Part shown: positions 40,035-54,334 of the stretch, in pieces | How the letters are laid out: every line of letters begins with the position of its first letter | How positions within the stretch are numbered: position 1 is the first letter of the stretch | Source: Octopus bimaculoides | Taxonomy: Eukaryota | Assembly (NCBI RefSeq): GCF_001194135.2 | Contig: NC_068990.1 | Location: forward strand, 30,306,227 to 30,370,226 | Direction: 5' to 3' | DNA: 64,000 bases | Program-made: the position numbers and the translations under genes | Notes under the pieces: generated by a model | Told to the model about the DNA's origin: nothing | What the model saw: the letters and a program-made list of their open reading frames with translations, nothing else | The model's database searches: none

Positions 40035-41060
40035 CTGATGTTTCAGGTGATGCCCTTTATCAAATAGAAAAGAATTGAGAGGCAAAAGAAGTAGAAAAAG
40101 GTATGATACGAAAGAAGTAATCTGTTTACAAGGCAGGTCTTAAGTAGAATGAAAGCCGAGAAGTGGAATAGGATGATCAGAAGTGAGGGTATGATCTAGG
40201 TGACAGTGAAGTTAAGTGGAGGGAGGGAGAGAGAATTTGAATAAACAAGTAAGGGGGTAAGAAAGTGAAAAAGAGTGGAGGAAAAATAGAGGGATAAAGA
40301 GACCTAGTGTGGGAAGGAAAGTGAGAGAGCTATTGTGGAACTCAATATTGGTGTTTGGTGTGTTGTGTCGGATATCTATGCAGTAAATGAGGGTTACCTA
40401 TTTACAATGTATTTGTGAAGTGTGTTATGGTGTGGAGGGACGTGTAAAGGGTCTGTAGACTGGAGGTTGAAGGTGAAATGGTGAGTGTGTGCATGTGAAG
40501 TGGTAGTTATGTTCATATGTCAGTGTAATTTGTAGTATGTTCAATGTATGTAGATGTGTAATGTATGTTGTCTGAGATGGATGTGTAAATATGTGGTGCA
40601 CTGTGGTGGGATGAATGTGGGAAGATTGAATATAGTGTTGTACTTCTAGTTATCAAGACCCCACTATTCATATTCAAAGGGTTGGAGCAACCAAGGCAGA
40701 AGATGAGGCTGTGTTCTTTTTGGAACTGAGAAGTAGGTAATTTGTGTTGTGAAATAACACCGCAGAACTGAGAGATGAGGAATAGTGTGTGCAGTTAAAC
40801 TGAAGTGGTGGTGTTTAGGTAGATGTCACATAAATGCATTGATGCAATCTGCTAACCTACAGCTGGTCTTTCCAGTATACTGGAAGCCATTGAACTGATA
40901 TTGAAGGCAGACATTTAATGTTTTTAATAGTGCAGATTAAACGGTCAGTGATATGGAAGTAACATTGGTTGGGTCCAAGAAGTATAGTATTCTGGCTGTA
41001 AGGGAATCTGTTACACTGGACATTGGATCATGTTAAAGATTTGGGTTTAGGTGTTTGAAG
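40035..41060 (-). mobile_element. Penelope-like relic: GIY-YIG end, pyrimidine-rich 3' UTR, decayed hammerhead
   Basis: YTGKTSCRLADC (40847-40879) and KEHSLIFCLGCSNPLNMN (40667-40720) resemble YIGETGRRLxDR and EQxLIFxLGTxxPxGxN. TTGATAAAGGGCATCACCTGAAACATC lies at 40037-40063. Confidence 0.65.
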
Positions 41061-41329
41061 GGTTAGAAGAGTTGTGAGCTGAAAACTTGATCAAATAGTG
41101 ATTCATTTAAAGCAGGGGAGGTATTGATCATCATAATCATCATTTGATGTTGGTTTTCCATGCTGGCATGGCATTGTTCATGGAATATGGGGGAGGTGGC
41201 AGGGTCTGAGCAGAGTAGGTTTGAGGTGGGATGGGCATGTGTAGAGGAGGGAATGATTGACAAAAGTCTGGGATTATATTTGTTTTTAGGAGTGTGTGAA
41301 TATATATGTATGTGTTTATGTGCATAGAT

Positions 41330-42270
41330 GTGTCTGTATGTTTAATATGCTTATGTATTTGTGTATATGTGTGTATGCACATATATGTACATATCTGTAT
41401 GCACATATATGTACATATCTGTATGTACATATATGCATGTGTATGTGTGTATATATATATATGCATGTATGTGTATATATATATCTGCATGTATATGTGT
41501 GTATATATATATGCATGTATATGTGTGTGTATATATATATGCATGTGTGTGTGTGTATATATATATGCATGTGTATGTGTGTGTGTGTATATATGCATGT
41601 ATATGTGTGTATATATATATGCATGTATATGTGTGTATATATATANNNNNNNNNNNNNNNNNNNNNNNNNNNNNNNNNNNNNNNNNNNNNNNNNNNNNNN
41701 NNNNNNNNNNNNNNNNNNNNNNNNNNNNNNNNNNNNNNNNNNNNNNNNNNNNNNNNNNNNNNNNNNNNNNNNNNNNNNNNNNNNNNNNNNNNNNNNNNNN
41801 NNNNNNNNNNNNNNNNNNNNNNNNNNNNNNNNNNNNNNNNNNNNNNNNNNNNNNNNNNNNNNNNNNNNNNNNNNNNNNNNNNNNNNNNNNNNNNNNNNNN
41901 NNNNNNNNNNNNNNNNNNNNNNNNNNNNNNNNNNNNNNNNNNNNNNNNNNNNNNNNNNNNNNNNNNNNNNNNNTATATGTGTATATATATATATGCATGT
42001 ATATGTGTATATATATATATGCATGTATATGTGTATATATATATATGCATGTATATGTGTATATATATATATGCATATGTGTGTATATATGCATGTATAT
42101 GCGTATATATATGCATGTATGTGCATATATATGCATGAGTATGTGTATATATGCATGTGTATATATATGCATGTGTGTTTACACATATATGTATATATGC
42201 ATGTGTTTGTGTATGTATGTATGTGTATGTATATATATATATATGCATGTATATATGTGTTTGTATATGT
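41330..42270. repeat. Compound (TA)n/(TG)n satellite punctuated by GCAT, with an internal gap
   Basis: Repeated ATATATATGCATGTATATGTGTGT units flanking a gap of about 330 N. Confidence 0.95.
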
Positions 42271-43936
42271 GCCCCAGCGTGTCCACCGATCACACCTTGA
42301 AACAGGCAAAGCAGTAGAATTATGTATGTGTTTATAATGTCTCAGGTGTAAGCACAATGAACATGGACAGCTCATTCAGAACAAACTTTGATAAATAAAC
42401 TAGCTCAATGCTTCTATGCAAAAAGCAAGTCTTTTAACATTTGGGACATTTCTCCCTCATTGGGATCAGGACTTTTCCATTGAAAGTAAAAGCTGTTCCT
42501 GGTACATTAGGTGCTCTAAGTCTCAACATGTAAATAATAAAATGAACAATTAACAGCAATTTTTATTCTTTGTATATGTAGACCTGTAATGTTGATATGA
42601 TATTGAATTTTGGAAGAAGGCATATGAGAGGGCTTTAGTTTCTTGTATTCACCCCCATTTCTTGACTGCTGTCAAGTATGCAAGGCAAAACTGACCTTGG
42701 TGTAAAGAGATGGAAGAACTACCATAAGCATTTTACCTGACACTCTGACTCACTCAATTCACTGATCTTAACGTTTTCTAATATTTGGAAGAGGAGATCA
42801 GTTGATTACATTGACCAGTATATGATTGGTACTAGAAGAATCAAATGCAAAAGTGACATCAGTGGGTTTTGAATTCGGAACATAAAGAGTCATAACAAAT
42901 AACATGGGATTTTCTTTAACCTTATATATATATTGCTAGTCCACATCATCATCATCATAATGTTTTCCATGCTGGCATGGGTTGGGCAGTTTGATAGGAG
43001 CTGGCAAGCTGAAGAGCTGCACCAGGCTCCAGTTGTCTGCTTTGGCATGGTCTCTATGGCTGGATGCCCTTCCTAACACCAACCACTTTACAGAGTGTAC
43101 TGGGTGCTTTTTATGAGGCGCCAGCACAGGTGTTATATATGTGGCCTAATAATGTTTTTAACATAAGCACAAGGGCAAAAATTTTTGTGGATGTTGTAAA
43201 TTGGTGATATTTGTGTCAGTTCAACCCTGAAAAAACGAAAGATGAAGTTTACTTCAGTTGGTTTTAAACCTAGAATATGAAGTGCCACTAGAAATATTGT
43301 GGTGCATTTTATCCAATATTTTAATGATTCTAACAATCATTCTTTAGAATAATTCTTTCTACAATTGGCACAAGGCCTGAAATTTTGTGGTGAGGTGACT
43401 AGCAGAAGAAATGTCACTAATCAGTTTATTCAGCATCCTTACGATTTTGCCAGCTCACCTACTCTTGCTCACTTGTACCCATCACTACCATCTTTACCCT
43501 CTTTTTAGCTACTCTCACCTTTAATGTGAGGCAGCCATGTATCTTCTCTGTAGCAAGATGCCAGTGCTTGCCCCTCTGCCATTCTCTAGCCTCCTAAAAC
43601 CTGGCATGGAGTCCCCCCCTCCACTCTACATTTAGTTGAAGCTTTTTCCTGCCTTGCAAATTACTTGGTGACATCACTAGTGCTACTTGCACGGAAGCAA
43701 AAAAAAAAAAAAAAAAAAAAAAAAGAATGCACCCACTACACACTGTAAAGTATTGACGTTAGGAAGAGCATCGAGCTGTAGAAACTATGCCAAAGTAGAC
43801 ATTGGAGCTCAATGCAGCTTTGCAGCCCACCGGGTCATTGTGAAACCGCTCAACCTATATCGCATGGTAAACGTTAAGTGATGATGATTATGATGATCTC
43901 TCTCACACACACACGCACACACAACTATAGTTGCAA

Positions 43937-43978
<42 letters not shown>

Positions 43979-44141
43979 GTGTGTGTGTACTGCATGTATA
44001 TAAATATGGCCGCAGTCTAATGACTGAAACAAGTAAAAGAATAAATGTATGTAATATATATACACACACACACACACACACATACACACATACAAATATA
44101 TACTAGATACGAATAAATATATATACACACAATGTGTGTGC

Positions 44142-44187
<46 letters not shown>

Positions 44188-45144
44188 GCTTGCGCACACA
44201 TGTATATATGTGCACACAAGTGTATATAGATACACACCCATACATTTCTGTATATAAGCCACACATCGTTACATGTTAGTGTAGAGAGAATTAATGGCAG
44301 CGAAGGGAGTGAAGCAGCTAAGGATGGAGAAATGGTTTGCGATAAGAACCGCTCTCTATTAGCATGTGGCATCAGATGAGATCGACATGCAATCTTTCTC
44401 TATCTCCACCCTATGGCTTTACAGCCCTAGGCAGTAGTTTTGGGTCTATGAGGAACGGTTTTCTTGGTGCCGCACCACCGTTCTTCGTTTGTCAAGTTAG
44501 TTGTCACTGTGTTGTTGCATGTTGGATCTGTGTTCCGTCTGAAGCAAAACTGCTGTTTCGTTTCATTGATAGTGTTTTGAACACTGGAAAATCTAGTCGT
44601 GGTTGCCTTGTGAATTCCAAGCCGCCATCAACATAAAATATGGTGGTGCCGGCGGTCGTGGGTACCGTTACCTCTTCCTTCCATTCCTTCTGCTACTACA
44701 ACTGTTGGTTCTCTTCTCTTTTACCAACTCACCATCTCTAAAATATCTTCACTCTCTTCCTTTATTTTATTTTCCTCTCTTTCTACGTTTCTAATCTTTC
44801 TCCGTCTTTCTTTGGCCTCTCATCTTTTAATAATATTAGTCTTTAATTTTCGTAATTTTTCTTTTCTCTCTCTGTAACCCTGTATTTTCCTCTTCATCTT
44901 TTTATTCTGTCACACTTCTCCGCTTACATAAATGGGTGTGTATGTATGTATGTATGTCGCCTCACATGTCTACGCCTCACCATTCCTTCCTAATCACCAA
45001 AATCCTCCTCTTCTAACCCTTTTTTCTATACCTCATCAGCTTCCCATCTCTATAGTTTCCACGATTCCCTCCTCTCCATTTGTCTTTTATTTTTCTTTCC
45101 AGCATCCTCTTATCTCATTCCATTGGCTATATCTATCTATCTAC

Positions 45145-45189
<45 letters not shown>

Positions 45190-45616
45190 AAATACACACA
45201 CAATCTTTCTAGTCCCCCCCCCCCAACTCCCGAGCTTCATTAAATCTGTCACTCACACTCACTTTGTGCCCTCAACAATTTTCCTCATCTTTACCATCAA
45301 ACCCCATTCAGAAGATAAACCTGTGAAAGACAGAAAAATATGCGTTTTTTTTTTTATCATGGTTTTATTCTTGTCAGCTATTTTTGCCTCTGCTTCTGAC
45401 AAATTTCCTTCGGCTTTGTCAGAATTAATGCGCCTCTGGATAAAATGTTTCTTTGTGTTTCCTCGAGATACGAGTCTGAATTTTTTTTTCTAGTCTCCCC
45501 TCCTCTCTCTCTCTCCATAAAATACTAGAAATGTGTGTAATAAATATGCGTAATATGTGTGGCGTGTGTATATGTATATCTGTGTGTGTGTGTATGTATG
45601 TGTGTGTGTGTATGTA

Positions 45617-45651
<35 letters not shown>

Positions 45652-46533
45652 TATCATGGCTCTGTTGTGAAAAACATTTGTTCATTTCCTATTCAATTTT
45701 ATTCTGTTGAGGCTCTGTTGGTTTTTTTTTTTAAAAGAGGTTAAACTAAAAAATGGGAAGGTACCCTTGTCTTGTCGTGGTTGAGCTTTCTTTCTTTCAT
45801 TTCCACCTTGATTTCATAATCAATTATCGCCCAACTTCCAACACGCGCACCCGGCATTTATCTTTAATTCAAACAGATATTAGTAGCAAAAGCAGTAGTA
45901 GCAGTAGTAGCAGCAGTAGTAGTAGTAGTTGTATTTAATGTGGCATGAACAGTGTTGTTGTGACGATGTTGGTTATGGTGATGAAAGGGCAACACTATCA
46001 TAGATTTAATACATCAGACAAAAATATAAGGCATCGATTCTGCTGTGAACCTTTAAAAGAAAAACAAAGTATTTTGATTAACTGTTGGTTTTGGCCGTGA
46101 AGGTTTGTGGTTGTGGCCACCTTGCATGTCTGCAGAAGACTGGTTGTTGCTGCCACTGTGTTGTAGAGTATCGAAATCGGACAAGTTTCTCTTCTCTCTT
46201 CCCTTTCACTCCCCCCCCACTATTGTGTAGATGGATGGATGGATGCATCTATGACGTATGTAGGCATTCGTGTAAGCGTGATAACGTGTGTTACTTATTG
46301 TAGAGACGCATGTATTACACGTGTGTATGTCAGCTGTGTGTGTGTGTGTGTATGTGTATGTATGCGTGCTCGCACATACATGTGTGTTTCGGAGAAAGGT
46401 TCTCTGCTTTATATGCGTGTGTGGATTTTGTATTTAACTTGTATCTTTGGATTTCTGGTTTCCTTGATCTTTGATTGAAGTGTATTCACACAAACACATC
46501 GTGAATAACCAGTACTAAAATATATAATAATGT

Positions 46534-46577
<44 letters not shown>

Positions 46578-47686
46578 ACGCCCAACTTGACGCACATTGT
46601 GCGTTTTGTGTATACACACGTCAGCTAAATTGCTAATATGACTGTTGTGTATGATACAAGAGTTACAGGCCGATGCTTCGCATCTTTGTCACAGACCAAT
46701 GCAATGCTTGATTTCTTTCTGCTGATCATCAACTACTGTACTAAATACAGACCATTGCAGTATTTAATTTCGTCACTTCTTGTGTTTTCATACGATTGTG
46801 GACAAAATAAGTACTGCTTATATGCATAGTACCCATTTCTTACAAGACTTGGTACGCCTTACCGGCGAAAATGGTGGCTTTATGCCTGAGGTAGCAGCAT
46901 CCATAGATAAGATGTCGTGCTGCGCTTAGTGAAATCCGTTTTAATTTCTGAATTTAAATCATACCCTGGTTCGCCTTTGTCTTTCAACTTTCGGGGGTTA
47001 AGATAAATACGAACTGAAGTAGTTTTAACTGACCCTTGTCCTCAATTTCAAACCTGCATGTGCTCGGCTTCACCCAGAGCTTCCTAAAAAACTGACCTTA
47101 TTAACCATTGCAAGAATGCAGTGCCTCATTTTTTGAGTTGAAACTCAGTTGTCAGGAATCTATATGGGGTTGTTTGACCTGTTGGAAATAGCAGTCAAAT
47201 ATCATAGGCAAACGTCTGGATGGTTACGGTTGGAATGTCGTTAATAAGCCTGTTCAATGAAGGTAAACCCAGGGCTAAAATCCTGGCTGACTTCTGTCTG
47301 CCACAGGTCAATCATATGTAATTAATTGATTGCACTCCTTACTCTGATTAAAATAATTAGCCTTGCGCTTAGTCAAAAGAAATTATCGACCACTTAATTA
47401 GGAACGAGGCATGGATATTATAAAGAACCTGAATGAAATTATGTGGCGTACATGCGCCTATTAATTGCTTTATTGAAAGGTGGTATTGTTTAGCTTTGAG
47501 AGAATACACTTGATCTCAGACGTTCCAGATCTGACCATCTCGCCTCTTTTTGAAACAGTACCTAGGACTATTATCCAATGTATTCTTAGAAAGATATTTA
47601 ACTTTTTTTTCAACAGATCAATTGTCTACAAGGTTCCATTTCTGTTTGTATAATGTGTTGCTGTGTGTGTGTGTGTGTGTGAGAGT

Positions 47687-47731
<45 letters not shown>

Positions 47732-47976
47732 GAGGGGGTTGTTGAACCCGAAGAATTTCAGGTGTTGCAGCTAAAAAATTCCAGTCTGCTATAACCTGAA
47801 TTATTTCCAGTCTTCAAGTTTAACCTACTACCACCAGAAACCAAACTGACAATTGCACTCCTGTAAGGAAGGCTTCGAATCAATCAATAAACAGATTTTT
47901 GTGTGAATTCCTGTCGCTGTACATCGTCGCCGTGTCAAAGTTCTTTGTAACTTTGGATCTGACTCTTATAACAATG

Positions 47977-48016
<40 letters not shown>

Positions 48017-48329
48017 TCATTTCGTTCATCTTTACGTTCTGAGTTCAAATTCCGCTGAGGTCACTTGGCCTTTTCATCTTTTCGGCGTCATAAAAGTACC
48101 AGTTGCATAACGGTACTGATATAATCGACATATCCTCTCCTCCGAAATTGCTGGCCTTGTGTCGAAATTTGAAACCATTATCATCATCCCTTTGTCTGGA
48201 CTTTATTACTCATAGACAATACCACTATGATGATGGCTACCTATTTCTCATTAATACCTGGTTTACTGCGCTTCTTTCACTTTCTCGCTCTTATCGAAAT
48301 TAAAATCCCTACCCTTTTCTATTCTACAT

Positions 48330-48775
48330 ACAAACGCTCTCTCTCTCACTTTCTCTCTCACCTGTTCTCTTTTATCTCATCCCTTTCCCTTCTCCTCCCC
48401 CTCCGTACCTCATTTCACTCATTCTTTGTTTTATCACTCATTACCTCTCTCTTTCCCTCTTTCTTTAACGTTTTCTGTCTTTTCCCTCTCTTTGTAACCC
48501 CCCTCTCTCTCTTTTTTTTTTCTATCTTATCAACCCTTTGTCTCTCGTTCGCCTATTATCTCTTCTCTCCGGTTTTTGCTCTTTCTTCTCCCTGTCCCCT
48601 TTGCTCCTTCGTATTCTGTCTCCCTGTTCCCTTTCTCTCTCTCTCCATTCTCTCTCCCTCTCTTCACTCGTTCTTTTTCTCTTTTATCTACTCATTCTCT
48701 TTCATGTTCATTCAATCTCTTTCCTTCCCTGCCTCAGTCGGTCTCTTTTTCCTCTTCTTTTTTTCACATCTCTCT
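48330..48775. repeat. Polypyrimidine (TC-rich) tract (others at 33690-34128, 44690-45130, 49290-49575)
   Basis: Strong strand-asymmetric pyrimidine composition. Confidence 0.9.
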
Positions 48776-49937
48776 TATGGAAGAATCATGACTTGTTTCG
48801 GATTTGTATTTTAATGTGGTTTATTGTTATTATTCATATATTATAAACACACACGTGTTATAACAGCTACCTTTATTTCTATCGAATAAACTTCACAGCA
48901 TACTTCTGTTATTCTGTGAACTCTGGTGTCCACGGACCGCATTTAAAACAACAATCACAAAAGATAAGCTAACTCGGGTACAACAGCTGCTACCAGAGCG
49001 GTTTTTTTTTTTTTTTACAATACCAGTTTTATCGGTTTTATATACAATTGTAATATGTATTAAATATTTTTTATGCACGGCAAACATTATCTGATAGAGA
49101 ACTGAACACATTGGGTTGAGCAGATGTGTGTATGATTGCATATGCGCGCGTGCGTTTGACAAACTTCAGTCCTAAAGCTGGGGTAGAAGACGCTTGCCCA
49201 AAGTGTCACACGATGGGATCGAACCTCGAACAACATTGTTGTGAAGCGAACTTAACCTCATAGCTGTGTTTGTACCCATTCTATCTCACTTGTTCACACT
49301 CTCTATCATTCTCACTTTCTCGATCACTCTATCTCTCTCATATTACTTTCTCCATCTCTCACTTTCTCTTAGTCCTTGGCCCTCATAATTTCCCTTCCCC
49401 ATCTCTTCATCTCTCCTTTCTCTCACACACATTGTACCCCACGCCTTCTCTCTATATCCTTTCCTCTCTAATACCGCTTTCTCTCTTACCATCAGACTTA
49501 TCCCCTCTCTCCCTCAACGTTCTTCAATGCTTCACCCTCCCTCCCTCCTCCTCCCCCCTCTCTCTCTCCCTCACCCCATCAGTCAATGTGATCAGGCTGG
49601 AGCAGTTCAACGTTATCGATTTCTAAAGAAAAATTCAGTTGTTGTTGTTGTTGCAGGAGACTCAGCATGTTGGAATGGGAAGAATTCTGTGATCGTTTGA
49701 TGGGGAAACATTCCAATGGGAGCAAGTGAACCTGGCCAACGTGTAGCACTTAGTGCTCAAACAGACATCTTGCACACTTGTTTACGATAATAGCATGGCT
49801 GCTTGAACTATTTTCTTTTCCCTTTTTTTTTTGTTTATTGAAATACGAGCAAAAAGTACTTCGACTCCTCCTGGCTCCACATCTCGCGTCTGCTTCTTTC
49901 ATACTTTCGCTTTCTCTTTCTACACAAATGTGTATGC

Positions 49938-49988
<51 letters not shown>

Positions 49989-50249
49989 CATATATATACA
50001 TANNNNNNNNNNNNNNNNNNNNNNNNNNNNNNNNNNNNNNNNNNNNNNNNNNNNNNNNNNNNNNNNNNNNNNNNNNNNNNNNNNNNNNNNNNNNNNNNNN
50101 NNNNNNNNNNNNNNNNNNNNNNNNNNNNNNNNNNNNNNNNNNNNNNNNNNNNNNNNNNNNNNNNNNNNNNNNNNNNNNNNNNNNNNNNNNNNNNNNNNNN
50201 NNNNNNNNNNNNNNNNNNNNNNNNNNNNNNNNNNNNNNNNNNNNNNAGT

Positions 50250-50303
50250 TATGAGGATGTAAACACGCTAGCATCGGTTGTCAAACGATGGTGAGGTACG
50301 ACA

Positions 50304-50339
<36 letters not shown>

Positions 50340-50540
50340 CATATACATTCATATACAACAGGCTTCTTTCAGTTTCCATCTACTAAATCCACTCATAAGG
50401 CTTTAGTCGGCCCAAGGCTATAATAGAAGACACTTGCCCCAGGTGCTATACAGTGGGACTGAGCCTGGAACCATGTAGTTGGGAAGTAAGCATCTTACCA
50501 CACAGCCTGCGCCTATAAAACGGAAAAATGAAAGTGATGT

Positions 50541-50590
<50 letters not shown>

Positions 50591-50741
50591 CGTGTGGTAT
50601 GTTTATGTTCCCATAACTTAGTGTGGCAAAAGAAACCGATAGAATAAGTACTAGACTTTCAAAGAATGAGTCCTGGGGTCGATTTGTTTGACTAAAAGCG
50701 GTGCTCCATCATGGCTGCAGTCAATTGACTGAAACAAGTAA

Positions 50742-50745
<4 letters not shown>
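50250..50745. mobile_element. SINE B1 (-, 50250-50510) and B1 tail (+, 50600-50745)
   Basis: Homology to 2377-2750 in both orientations. Confidence 0.8.
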
Positions 50746-50773
<28 letters not shown>

Positions 50774-50885
50774 CAAATCAGATTGGAGCCTGGTGTAGCC
50801 ATCCGGTTCACCAGTCCTCAGTCAAATTGCCCAACCCATGCTAGCATGGAAAGCGGACGTTAAATGATGATGATGATGATGGTAT

Positions 50886-51490
50886 ATAAGTAAATAAATA
50901 GAGTTAAACACAGGTGTTATTCAAATTCTTTTACTTCTGACATATGTTTCAAAATGTTTTATATTCTATTCTCAAAAAATCCCCTTGTAAACACGTTTAT
51001 AGAACGTGTTTATCGTTGCAAACATTGGCAGAAACATACCTTTAGTTCCTATAAGTGATTTCTTCTATTCTATATAATTTGACATTTGATTGTCTTCTTA
51101 CATTTCACAGCCACTAAATATATCTAATTTCACGCTTTTAAGCTTTATTCTAATTCACCCATTGCTCTATATTTCTCCACTATTAGTTTTCTGCTAGTTT
51201 CTTTCCTCCTTCTCTTTCTATATGCTACCTTTCATGTTACATCTACTAACGGTTTTTTTTAAAGAAACAAACTTAATAGTGTTCCCGTCATCATTATACG
51301 CAGTTATCACATTCTGTTAAAATGTCTTATTGATGTGTTTGGTTTCTTTCTTTCCCTGATGAGAAGACTGCATTGTTTTACACCATTTTATTCCTTCTGG
51401 AATAATACCAATGTTGTCTTCAAAACATATGTTGGAAGTAAAAGAATTTGAATAACACCTGCATTCAACTCCATTTATTTATTCATCTAT
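50886..51490. mobile_element. MITE-like element with about 65-bp inverted repeats
   Basis: TAAATAAATAGAGTTAAACACAGGTGTTATTCAAATTCTTTTACTTC at 50891 pairs with GAAGTAAAAGAATTTGAAATAACACCTGCATTCAACTCCATTTATTTA at 51435. Confidence 0.7.
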
Positions 51491-52244
51491 ATTATACAAA
51501 ACATTTCACCTTAATCCAGAGTTTCTACCTTTATAAATAGGTTGTTACATCCTTGTTACTTGTGTGAATTTTTGCTACCCTGGTAACCGTTTATTTATTT
51601 TTTTCCATGTTATTTTCAAACACTGAAAAAACATGCATATATATATATATATATATATATATANNNNNNNNNNNNNNNNNNNNNNNNNNNNNNNNNNNNN
51701 NNNNNNNNNNNNNNNNNNNNNNNNNNNNNNNNNNNNNNNNNNNNNNNNNNNNNNNNNNNNNNNNNNNNNNNNNNNNNNNNNNNNNNNNNNNNNNNNNNNN
51801 NNNNNNNNNNNNNNNNNNNNNNNNNNNNNNNNNNNNNNNNNNNNNNNNNNNNNNNNNNNNNNNNNNNNNNNNNNNNNNNNNNNNNNNNNNNNNNNNNNNN
51901 NNNNNNNNNNNNNNNNNNNNNNNNNNNNNNNNNNNNNNNNNNNNNNNNNNNNNNNAAGACACCATTTTGAGCGTGGCCATTTTCGTGCGGGTGACACGTA
52001 AAAGCACCCACTACGCTCTCTGAGTGGTTGGCGTTAGGAAGGGCATCCAGCTGTAGAAACTCTGCCAAATTAGACTGGAGCCTGGTGTTGCCATCCGGTT
52101 TCACCAGTCCTCAGTCAAATCGTCCAACCCATGCTAGCATGGAAAGCGGACGTTAAACGATGATGATGATGATGTATGTATGTATGTTTGTGCTGGTTTT
52201 AGCTGCTAGTGTTGTGAGTTCTAGGAAACTAGTGTGTGTGTGTA

Positions 52245-52595
52245 GTATCTTTTGTTTCAGTCATTAGGCTGTGGCCATACTGGGGCACTGTCTTGACGGG
52301 TTATAGTCTTACAAATCAAAACCAGTACATTTTCAAGTCTGAAACTTATTCTGTTGGTCTCTTTTGCTGAACCACTATGTTACGGAAGTGTAAACAAACC
52401 AACTTTAATAGTCAAATGATGGGATGGACGGACACACACACATAATGAGCTTCTTTCAGTTTCCATCTACCAGATCCACTCTCAAGACTTTGGTCAACTC
52501 AGGGCCATAGTAGAAAATATTTACTCAAAATGCCACAGTAGAATTGAACCCGAAATCATGGGGTTGGGAAGCAAACCTCTTACCACACAACCATA
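52245..52595 (-). mobile_element. SINE family B1
   Basis: Reverse-complement homologue of 2377-2750. Confidence 0.8.
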
Positions 52596-54129
52596 TGTAT
52601 TATGTTTAACAGAGTAATCTGTATACTAAAGGGTTAATAGGTCCCTGAAGTTTTCCCAGTTCATACTCCAGGTACTATGCTTTCAGAACACTTACACTGT
52701 TAATTAGGTCATATTGATAGCAAAATCTTTCTAAATTTAGTGAGCCTCCTGAACATTTGAAGTAATGTTTCCTGTATTCATTACTGTTAAATACTCCAGC
52801 CTATCTGCCACCTAAGAAGTATACCTCCCCTGACAGCCTACCTGTGACTCTTGTACATATGTAATTTACACTGGATACACCTTATGAAATTTCTATATTG
52901 TCCTTTTTTCTCTATATCAAGCATAAACATTTGTCTTGAGGTAGCAAAGAATTGTCTTTGTGTATTTGTATTGTTTGACTTTGATTTGTGTTTGTAAAAG
53001 TTTTTCAGCACAAAACTACACCTGGTTGGTCAGCTGTTTCAGTATGAAGTGGTGAGGTTTATTCATTTGCTAGTTTGTTATTGTATGGAGAAAACAATAA
53101 CATTTAATTGCTAGATATTGTAGCAGTTAGTGAATGGGTTTAATCCCTGTTACAAAGGATAGGAGTGGCCTTCCAAGCTTTTGTTAACAATTTGGTTAAA
53201 TCTACAAAATTGTATCAACAAATTGCTTAGAGAACTCCATGATTGAGGTATGATAGTTCAGGGTTTTTTTTTTCTTAAAGTAATACAGTGGTCTGTTGCA
53301 ATATGTATAATTTCTTATTGAGACAAAAACAGCAGTTGTATGTTCTGAGTAATGAGGGACTAAAGGATTTTTTATTTCCCATGTCTTTGAAGGCAAGATG
53401 ATTAACTGGAAAAGCAATATTTGCAATTCATTGCTCATAACTGTTGTGGAGCATCTATTTAAATATTAGTATTAACTTTTTTCTTTGCTTTTCATTGTTT
53501 TGTCACATAAATTCAGCTTCTCTCACAATTCGAATGGCCCTTGCTCCTCAGCTCTGTCTACCTATCCTCACTATCCTGCCTGTCTCTTCCCATTTATCTC
53601 TTTAATATATCTACCTTAATCCTAGAACTGGTGCTAAACACTTTGCCCAATCCATATTCTGTAGAACTATGGGCCTCTGGAAATATTGTCCCTATCAATA
53701 TTGACTTTGCAATGTCAAAACTTGAACCCCTGCAATCCCATCAAACCAACCAGTCTAGGAGGACTGTGTGTGATGAAACAACTCACTTATTAGTTTCTCT
53801 CCTCTTGACCGTTTGTTTCTGTTTGTGGGGCCTGTCTCATCTCCCTAAAGTTGCTGCTTCAGACAGGCTGTGTTGTTTAGAATACTTATAAACATGATCC
53901 CTATAGAAAACTTCTCTCCTAACATTGGACTTGATGTTTGTGTATTTATATGGGTAGCTGTATGTGTGTGCGTGGGACTGTGTATGTTTGTGCATGTAGG
54001 TATAGGTGCGTATGTGTGCATTTTATAGATCGGAAGAGCGTCNNNNNNNNNNNNNNNNNNNNNNNNNNNNNNNNNNNNNNNNNNNNNNNNNNNNNNNNNN
54101 NNNNNNNNNNNNNNNNNNNNNNNNNNNNN

Positions 54130-54187
<58 letters not shown>

Positions 54188-54334
54188 TCATCATTTAACA
54201 TCTGTTGTTCATGCTGGCATGGGTTGGATAGTTTCACCAGGGCTGGTAAGTTGGAAGGCTGCACCAGACTCCAGTCTGATTTGACATGTTTTTCTACAGA
54301 TGGATGCTCTTCCTAATGCCTATAATATATAGGC

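Noticed and set aside
41140-42375. Long ORFs of 270-410 aa in several frames
   Set aside because: Translations of TA/TG satellites and N gaps. The same applies to ORFs at 2682-3321, 4239-5091, 28389-28848, 49750-50294 and 51575-52104.
45263-45320. 58-nt minus-strand mini-exon with good acceptor and GTGAGT donor
   Set aside because: No partner exons or homology, and such site pairs arise by chance. It is covered only under the 44-48 kb island finding.
47803-47865. Exon-like TTTCCAG...GTAAGG encoding NLLPPETKL, as FMNL exon 2
   Set aside because: Wrong phase and length, and it lacks the DKAxLL...YD.EKKW motif.
49637-49790. LEWEEFCDR and MGASEPGQ as FMNL exon 2 or an alternative N-terminus
   Set aside because: Only superficial similarity, stops follow, and there is no suitable donor.
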